From: Azolla caroliniana
Lineage: Eukaryota > Plantae > Polypodiophyta
DNA: 64,000 nt
Direction: 5' to 3'
Assembly (NCBI GenBank): GCA_043228905.1
Contig: JBHGNT010000016.1
Span: forward strand, 5,828,001-5,892,000
Part shown: positions 56,756-64,000 of the stretch, in pieces
Numbering within the stretch: position 1 is the stretch's first letter
How the letters are laid out: each line of letters begins with the position of its first letter
Notes under the pieces: generated by a model
The model's database searches: none
Seen by the model: the letters and a program-made list of their open reading frames with translations, nothing else
Told to the model about the DNA's origin: nothing
Program-made: the position numbers and the translations under genes

Positions 56756-59700
56756 TGTCGCGTTGTTACGTGCGTGCGTGCAGAAAGAGGTGGGACCACG
56801 GGGGCCTTGAACCAAGGAGCGAGAGAGAGAGAGAGAGGGAGGGAGAGAGAGAGAGAGTTCTAGCAGACATGCAACAGGGAGAAGGAAAGAGAAACAAACG
56901 ACACACTTAATTACAGTAACAGTAGATTACAATATTCAGAGATTGCAAACTCTGACGGTTACAACCAGCAAGGCGACGATGGACCCGACACGGGGATCTC
57001 ACTCACGCACACCGACAAAACACACCCGACTCAAAGAAACAAAAGGGGAGAGCCTCTACCGGAAGCGCACGGGCTGTCCACGAAGCAGAGGCAGCGACCT
57101 CCCCACCCCACAGAGACCGACGATCGGAGGAGAAGAGAGAGCTCGGCACTCGGTCCTGCAACACACTCTCCTCCCTCACACGCGATACCTCTTTCATTCC
57201 TCTCCCTCTCTTTTATAGCACAAGGAGGGATGCCGTTATCACCCGTTACATCATATTAATTCTCTGTCCTTCCGGACAGAGATACAGTTCGATCCTCTCC
57301 CTATTGAATGCGTGCTATGTAGGATTTCCCCTCAGCCGACTTGTACCTACCCACTTACTATACAACGAAAAGTGAGCTCGCGTGCAAGGGCTGGTTTACC
57401 CACGCTAAACTCGGTTTCCGCCTAGGGACGGTTTTCTTCACGACATCCGCCCCCACCAAACCGCGCATCCACCGGTATGCGCCAAAATTGGGCTCCTGCA
57501 GGAGAAAACCGGTCCATGCTTTACTCCTTGTCTTCCGGTTCGTCATCCGCCTCGGACCACCCTTCATCGCCGTCCAAGCTTCCCAGATCCGGCTCGTACT
57601 CTTGTCGTTTTTTAAACGCTTTGACCCTCTTCCCTGCTACCGGTATTGCCATCTTTGTACCGTCGAGCTCTGCAAGATGGTAGGTCCCGTTGTCGTTGGA
57701 GCTTGTCACCACGTAAGGCCTGAACCACCTCCGTGCAAACTTCCGCGTTGCCCTGTGCTGGTTGTTGAGGCTACTGTCATACACTAGGACCCAATCGCCT
57801 TCCTCGATCTTCTTTGGTCGCACCCGGCGCATCCGATCGAACCGAGTCTTGTTATGCTCCCTTGCCGCCCGCAACTTTTCCTTTGCCCGTTTCATGTCCT
57901 CCGGCCTCCGCTCGAGTTGCCGAATCCACGCCGCCAGCAACTCCTCCCGTCTCATCTCGTCCTTCCAATCTACCGCCGCCCATGAAGAAACCGTCCGTTC
58001 CACCGGCATGATCGGCTTCTGCCCGTACATCAGCTCTACCGGCATAAACCCTGTCACCGAACTGTGCGTAGTTCGGTCCGCCCATAGTGCGTAAGGAAGG
58101 AGCCGCGGCCAATCCCCAACCTGCCCTCTGCATGCACGCACCAACGCCTTTACGATCGGCCCGTGCTCATGTTCTACCTTCCCGTTCGCCTCCGGATTGT
58201 ACGTCGTAGTGAGGGAGAGTTTGATGCCTAGCCGGTCAAACAGCTCCTCGGCTTCCCGCGCATCTAGCTCTCCCCGGTCCGCTACGATCCTTCCGACGCA
58301 CCCGTACCAACACACTACCTCTTCGATCAGGAACTGGCATACCGCCGCGGTTGTCTTGTTCTACAGTGCACGGCCTTCCACCTGGTTCGTTAAGTCTTCC
58401 TGCGCAAGCACCAGGTATCGCATCTGTCCTACTCCCATCGGCATCGTCACCAAGTCCACCATCCACTTGAAATGGACTGTAGGCGGGTAAGTCGGGTGTA
58501 GCTCGTCCCGGTGTCGGACTACGGAGTGCATTTGTCAGCTTTCACAAGTCGTTACGAACCGATGCACGTCCTGGTACATCCCCGACCACCAATACTTCTC
58601 CTTCAGCTTCTCGAACGTGGCCCACGTTCCGCGGTGCCCAGCCCAGGGACTCTCGTGAAATGCCGCCGGTAGTTCCTCGTGTTCTTCTTTCTTTGCCACT
58701 ACTCGGAGCGGGATGCCGTTTCTCTTCTTTGGGTGCCTCCATATGCACTTGTCCCGCAGGAAGAATCGGTACGCCTTCTTCCGTACCCGGCTCGCCTCTT
58801 CTCTTGTCCATGCTGCGTTCGGTGTCATCGTCTGTAGGAACCTCCCGATTTGGAGCCACTCCCCGTCGTACCTGTTTTCGTTAAATTCGTTAGGCGCCGG
58901 AGTGTCCCTTTTCCTTGTTGTTACGTTAGCCAACCCGAAGAAATCCTCGCCGACTTCTTCATCATCCGAAACCATGCCGTCTTCGTCGTTGAACCTTGCT
59001 CTCGAAAGCATGTCGGCCATGGCGTTGTCCTTTCTGGAGATGTGCCGTATCTCTGGGTTCAGGGACTTACTGTACGCTATCCACCGGAGCATTGCTAGGT
59101 TCGGCGTCGCGCATTCGGAAACCATGTCGAGTATCGGCAGGCAGTCCATTTCGATGATCACCTTTGTCCTGACCAGATAGTCCTTGTCGGCCTTGACTGC
59201 CGAAATGATACCCCAAAGCTCGCGCTTAACTTGGGCGTATCCTCGCTGCCGCTCGCTCAATACCTTCGCCCCAAACCGGATTGGGAATCGTATGCCATCG
59301 TCATCCTCTTGGTTGATCACCCATCCGATCCCGGTCGGACTCGTATCTATGGTCACGTAAATCGGAGTGTCCTTACAGTAGACAGCCTTTCGGAGCGCCG
59401 GTGCCGCGGCGAGTGCTTCTTTTATCCTCCGGACCGATTCCGTATGCTCATCTCCCCACTCGAATTAACGCCCTTTCTTCAACAACCCATACAGCGGCTC
59501 CGCAACGTGGGCGTAATGCGGGATCTAGATATGGTAGAACGCGCATGCTCCCAAGAATCTCCGAACCTCCGTAACCGAATTGCAGTCAGGCTTCATCGCG
59601 GAGATGGCTTCCACCTTGGCCGGAGATGGTTTCCGACCGTATGGCCCGCATAGGTGCCCGACGACCATGATCTCTGATTGCCCGAAGGCCGATTTTTCCC

Positions 59701-61503
59701 CGGAGAAGGTGACCCTCGCGCCTTCCAGTCTCTACAGCACCCTCTCACAGTCATCGATGTGAGTCGTCACGAATTTCCGACATCCGTCCGGTCCGATCGT
59801 CTTGACCCTGTCCTCTACGGGTAGCCTTTGATCGGGATGTCGTCCAAGAATGGCATGGTGATGTTTGGGATGCAATCTCTCAGCACCTTGTTCATTGCGT
59901 TCACCATGTGGGCCACCGAGTTCGTCCCTCCCTGCGGTAGGGTACACATCCGTACTAGGCCGAGAGGGGTTCGCATCGTCGTGATATCCCTGCTCTCGAC
60001 TGCTAGCTGGAATTGGTCGTACCCCGAGTATAAGTCACCGACCGAATAGATCGACCTTCCAACGAAGGCCTCCACGAACTCGTCTATGGTCGGTCCGATT
60101 CCTGCATTACGGATGGTCACCCTGTTGACCGGTTGTAGGTCCTGAATGAAGCGTAGCGTGCCGTTCTTCTTTGGCACCGTAAACCACCGGTTCGAAGACG
60201 GGGCACTCGACGGTTCGAGGATGCCCATCTCCACCCTCTGCTTTAGAAGCTCCATCAACTTCGGGATGTGAGCTCTCGACATTGGAATTGGTTTGAGATT
60301 CCACGGTACATGCGGTACCGTGAAGATCACCATCGGTTTGACGATCGTCGGGTCCACGCACCCGATCTCCTCCGGCGAGAACGAGAAGGCTTTCCCATGC
60401 CTTCTGAGCATTCTCCGAAACCTGTCCTCCTCCGCCGGCAGTAGGAAGCCATCCCCACCGACCTTGAGCTCCCGTAGCGTTATGTCGGTGAACCGGTGCC
60501 TTATGCCAGCTGGATTCCGTAAACTTGGGTTCGACGCGACCCCCTTTATCCGCTCCTCGCTGCCCTCCGACAATGGTGCCGCGACTGGCCTCACCTTCCG
60601 GTCCACAGTCTTGTACTTTGTATCCACGCGGGCCGTCTGATCCGACCTTATCCTTTCCCCGAAGTCCGCGATAACTTCGTACATTCCCATCGAACTAACC
60701 GGAACGGTCTGGTCTTCTCTAAGGTCTTCACCGATCACCTTTCGCAACTCGCCCAAGGTGTCGTCAAAAGAGACTGCCTCCACGGCGCCGTTGATGTCTT
60801 CGTTGGGGAAGAGGACTCTGCATCCCCTGAGCCGCTCCTCCGCTCGCTTCCTTTCCCAGCCGCTGATGCTGGCTATAGTACAACCTCCGTTTTCGGAAAA
60901 CCAAAACTTCCTACCTACTGTACATGTGTGGGGTTCTTCCGGTTTGTCCGGACTACCGTGGCCCCACGCCTTGATAGCCCTCTCTAAAAATCCCCTCGGT
61001 TGTCACCGCCGAGGGTCTCGCGATTCCTCTCATGGTTCGGACGTACGGTCATGAATTGGACGGAACGCCGACCGTCCTAGCTCTTGACGCGTGCATACGC
61101 CGAACCGTTGTCCAACACCTTCGTCTCCATGCGTGCTGCCGTAATGTATGGTTCGCCGAGAATCACCGGGTGCGAGGATGTTTCCTGCACGAAGAAATGT
61201 TGATCTATCTCGACGTCACCGACCTTTACGCGTATATTCAGGCACGCACCATGCAGCTCCTCCGTACCACGCGTCACCGCGCGTATCTTCCACCCATGCT
61301 TGGTGTTGATTGGCCATTTACCCCTCTTGTAGAAATCCATGGACATAAGGTTGATTTCGGATCCATGGTCTACCAAGGCCACCACCGGTTTCGGAACGTC
61401 GCCGATCCGCTCAGGGGTTTTCGTAGTTGCCCTGGCCCAATGCGGCTTCGCGTGGTGGCTTTCCACCAACTCGTCTTCTAGGGCCATGTCTTCTAAGTGC
61501 GTA

Positions 61504-62738
61504 TATTAGAGATCTAAGTACTAAAGTAAGCTTAAGATAAGGATAAACAAATGATAGATAGAAAGGAGAAAGAGAAAGAAGGGTGCCGATCCACCCGACC
61601 ACCCCCGAGCGAAGGGATCGAGACGAACTCGAGCCTCGATCGGCGTCCCATACCACCGCCGTGGCGTCGAGTCGTACCTGGTGCTGGCGTGCTCGCTACA
61701 AGAGTTGACCTACCACAAGAGCAAAGTCTCGATGTAGTCAAAAGATGATCAAATGAGGGTAGCTAGGCCTCTTATTTATAGTGATACCCAAGGCCCCCAG
61801 GCAAGTTCACACTTGACCTAATGGGTTGTCTCAATCCTGAGGATTAAAAGTAATCCTCCCCTTCTTTACACTCTCATTTTGTTGGGAGACAGGTCCCTCC
61901 GGATGGGAAGGGAGAAGAACAGTGCCGAAGAACAAACTCGGCCGAGGCCGAAACGGTATGAACCGGATGGGGAGTACCCGACTGCGGAGAGCCGGATGGT
62001 GTAGGCCCGGTATGAACCGGATGGGGAGTACTCGACTGCGGAGAGCCGGATGGTGTAGGCCCGGTATGAACCGGATGGGGAGTACCCGACTGCGGAGAGC
62101 CGGATGGTGTAGGCCCGGTATGAACCGGATGGGGAGTACCCGACTACGGAGAGCCGGATGGTGCAGGCCCGGTATGAACCGGAGGAAGAGACATATTCGT
62201 AAACATGTTTCTGAGAGCCCATCGAGGCTACATTTGTAAATAGCCGAAAAGTCATATTAGTATAAATATGACTTAGGGCAAACTTTTAGGTGTGTCGTTT
62301 TTGTTGTTGTCATTCTTCCTTGTTGGTGCAAGAAGAAGAGAGAGCGCGTAACTGTACAGAGAGAGAGAGAGAGAGAGACGAGGTCGTTGCCTCTGTTGTA
62401 ACCGCCGCCTGTGGCAAAGATCTGAGAGCACGAGGTCGTTGCCTCAGTGAACTCACTGTTGTATATTCCTACATAGTGACAGTTTGCAGCCTGTGGGCTG
62501 CCGTGGTTTTTCCCCTATTTTAGGGTTTTCCACGTAAACCTCCTGTGTACCATTTCTCCCCTTTGTGTCGCGTTTCATTACCTGTTTTTCTGTGTATGAA
62601 AAGAATCTCGGTTGTGGCCGAGCGTCGGACATAAGGAACGTCGAGTTCTCGACACATTTAACCCTCACACTTATCCACGTGTATAGAATACTACGGTAAA
62701 TTCTCACAACAGGATATTAAATGGTCATGCCCGTAACA
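61504..62738 (-). mobile_element. Solo LTR G inserted between gag and protease of F (contains LTR H)
   Basis: Termini TATTA(TG>TA)...CCCGTAACA, TSD GCGTA/ACGTA. Removal restores F frame EVRATHLEDMALEDE. Minus-strand TATA at ~61773-61782. Confidence 0.7.
61880..62711 (+). mobile_element. Copia-like solo LTR H nested in G, with 54-bp tandem repeats
   Basis: IR TGTTGGGAGA...TCTCACAACA (9/10 match), TATA at 62261, copia-type U5 motif GGGTTTTCCACGTAAA. Four 54-bp units start at 61954, 62008, 62062 and 62116. No TSD (CATTT vs GGATA). Confidence 0.7.
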
Positions 62739-64000
62739 ACGTAGCTCGCACCTCCACCGGCTTCTCCGGTTCTAGCTCCGTCAAGAGCCTCTTTTGCTTC
62801 ACCAAGTCTACGATGGAGTCGTGGAACTCCCTCTTGGTGATTCCCAGCACCTCCCGCAACGACAGCTCCACTTTACTGTCGAGGATACATTCCTCGAGGA
62901 CCTTTTGCAGGTTTGTGGTTCTTTCGATTTCGGTGCTCAACCGAAACCCCGCCTGCTTCTTTCCGTCCGGCGCACCTGGGTTGCCGGCACCGGTCGGTTT
63001 CGGTCTGAACCGGGTCTCATACCTCTGCGGGGGGACTGACCCCTCCGGCCTTTCCTACCCATTTGTCCTCCACCAGAACCTCGTAGTTCTGGCAAGCGGC
63101 TTCTACGAAGCCCGTTTTCTCTTCGACTGGATCATCCCAACCGGTGACCTCTTGGACCCTCTGCTCCGCGCGGTCCGCCTCTTCCTTCTTCAGCCGAACT
63201 CCGGAGAGGCCTTCTAGCACTAGCGGCCAGAATCCGGAGTCCTTCGCCTTCCGGGTCTCATCACCCTCGACCCGAATTCCCGCCGACACTGAGTAGTTAA
63301 CGGCTTCAACGTGCCGTGCCGCGGCCTCTTCCATCAACCTCTTCATTCCGCCGCGCCCCGTATTTAGTTCTAGGGCTCTACGGGTCTCGCTCGTGTGCAC
63401 TTGCCCGTTCCAGAGGTACACCACGTTGGTCCTGAGCGCGTCGGCGAAATCCGCGCAATCCTTCTGAATGTGACCGATCGTGTCACACCACATGCACCGC
63501 TGCCCAGCCGGCGGCCTCCGGTCGCAAGGTCGTTCACCGCTGTCTCTTCGGGCCTGTGCGATCTGTAGGTCGCGTACCATCTGTGTCAGCTCGTCCAGAG
63601 TCACTCCTCCGGATGGGCCTCTGACCACGTCCTTTGATGCCGACCCCGACTCTGGCCAGATTCGGGTCTCTTCCTTCCTACCGGCCGGCACCGATACCGG
63701 CTCCTCGAGCCTCCTCCCTGGGACCGGCCCTGACCCTAACGAGCTTCCGTTGCTCCAATCGCGCCGTTTGTCGAAACGGCTGCAGACCCGTTTTACCACG
63801 GCCCAGTCTGCCGTGAGCCCTTTGTCCGTTTCCAATAGGGGACCCACCCTTTCCCTGTCGAGCGCGTCCACCGACTTGACAAACAGTAGTACTCGACTCG
63901 TTTCGAGCACGGTCCGGTCCAGCGTCGACAATCGCGTGAACCGTCTTTCGAACTCCTGGAGGAGCACCGACGTGTTCCTCCCTTTTCCGGGGCTTTCCAC

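Larger units (their letters stand above)
56756..64000 (-). mobile_element. Ty3/gypsy element F (no chromodomain), degenerate, runs off the window end
   Basis: Minus-strand order gag (CMWCDTIGHIQKDC, 63017-64000), protease ALVDHGSEINLM, RT (FIQDLQPVN, DLYSGYDQ, LPQGGTNS, PFLDD), RNase H, integrase (HESPWAGH..C..; YNPEANGKVE), ending 57521. The 3' LTR starts at TGTCGCG 56756; its inner boundary (~57250-57300) is unresolved. Confidence 0.88.

Noticed and set aside
61866-62255. Repetitive peptide ORFs on both strands
   Set aside because: Artefact of a stop-free 54-bp (multiple of 3) tandem repeat in an LTR.

Overview
Eukaryotic land-plant genomic DNA with GT-AG introns. The retrotransposon lineages suggest a non-seed plant, probably a fern (inference). 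Left part (1-31 kb): two complete 14-exon peroxisomal (PTS2) citrate synthase paralogs arranged tail-to-tail, a complete 16-exon STRUBBELIG-receptor-family LRR kinase, a 100-N assembly gap, and, just past the gap, a MIR172 precursor hairpin that the ORF track cannot show. Right part (38-64 kb): a nest of LTR retrotransposons (three Ty1/copia, two Ty3/gypsy, several solo LTRs), up to five levels deep. The most notable signals are the miR172/miR172* duplex with a variant 3' end, and a Tcn1/Tf1-like chromovirus-type element carrying an apparent tRNA-independent self-priming site and a -1 frameshift cassette (slippery site, hairpin, possible pseudoknot). A conserved leader block or non-AUG uORF candidate sits upstream of both citrate synthases. 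All coordinates and alignments were read by hand; no database searches were run.
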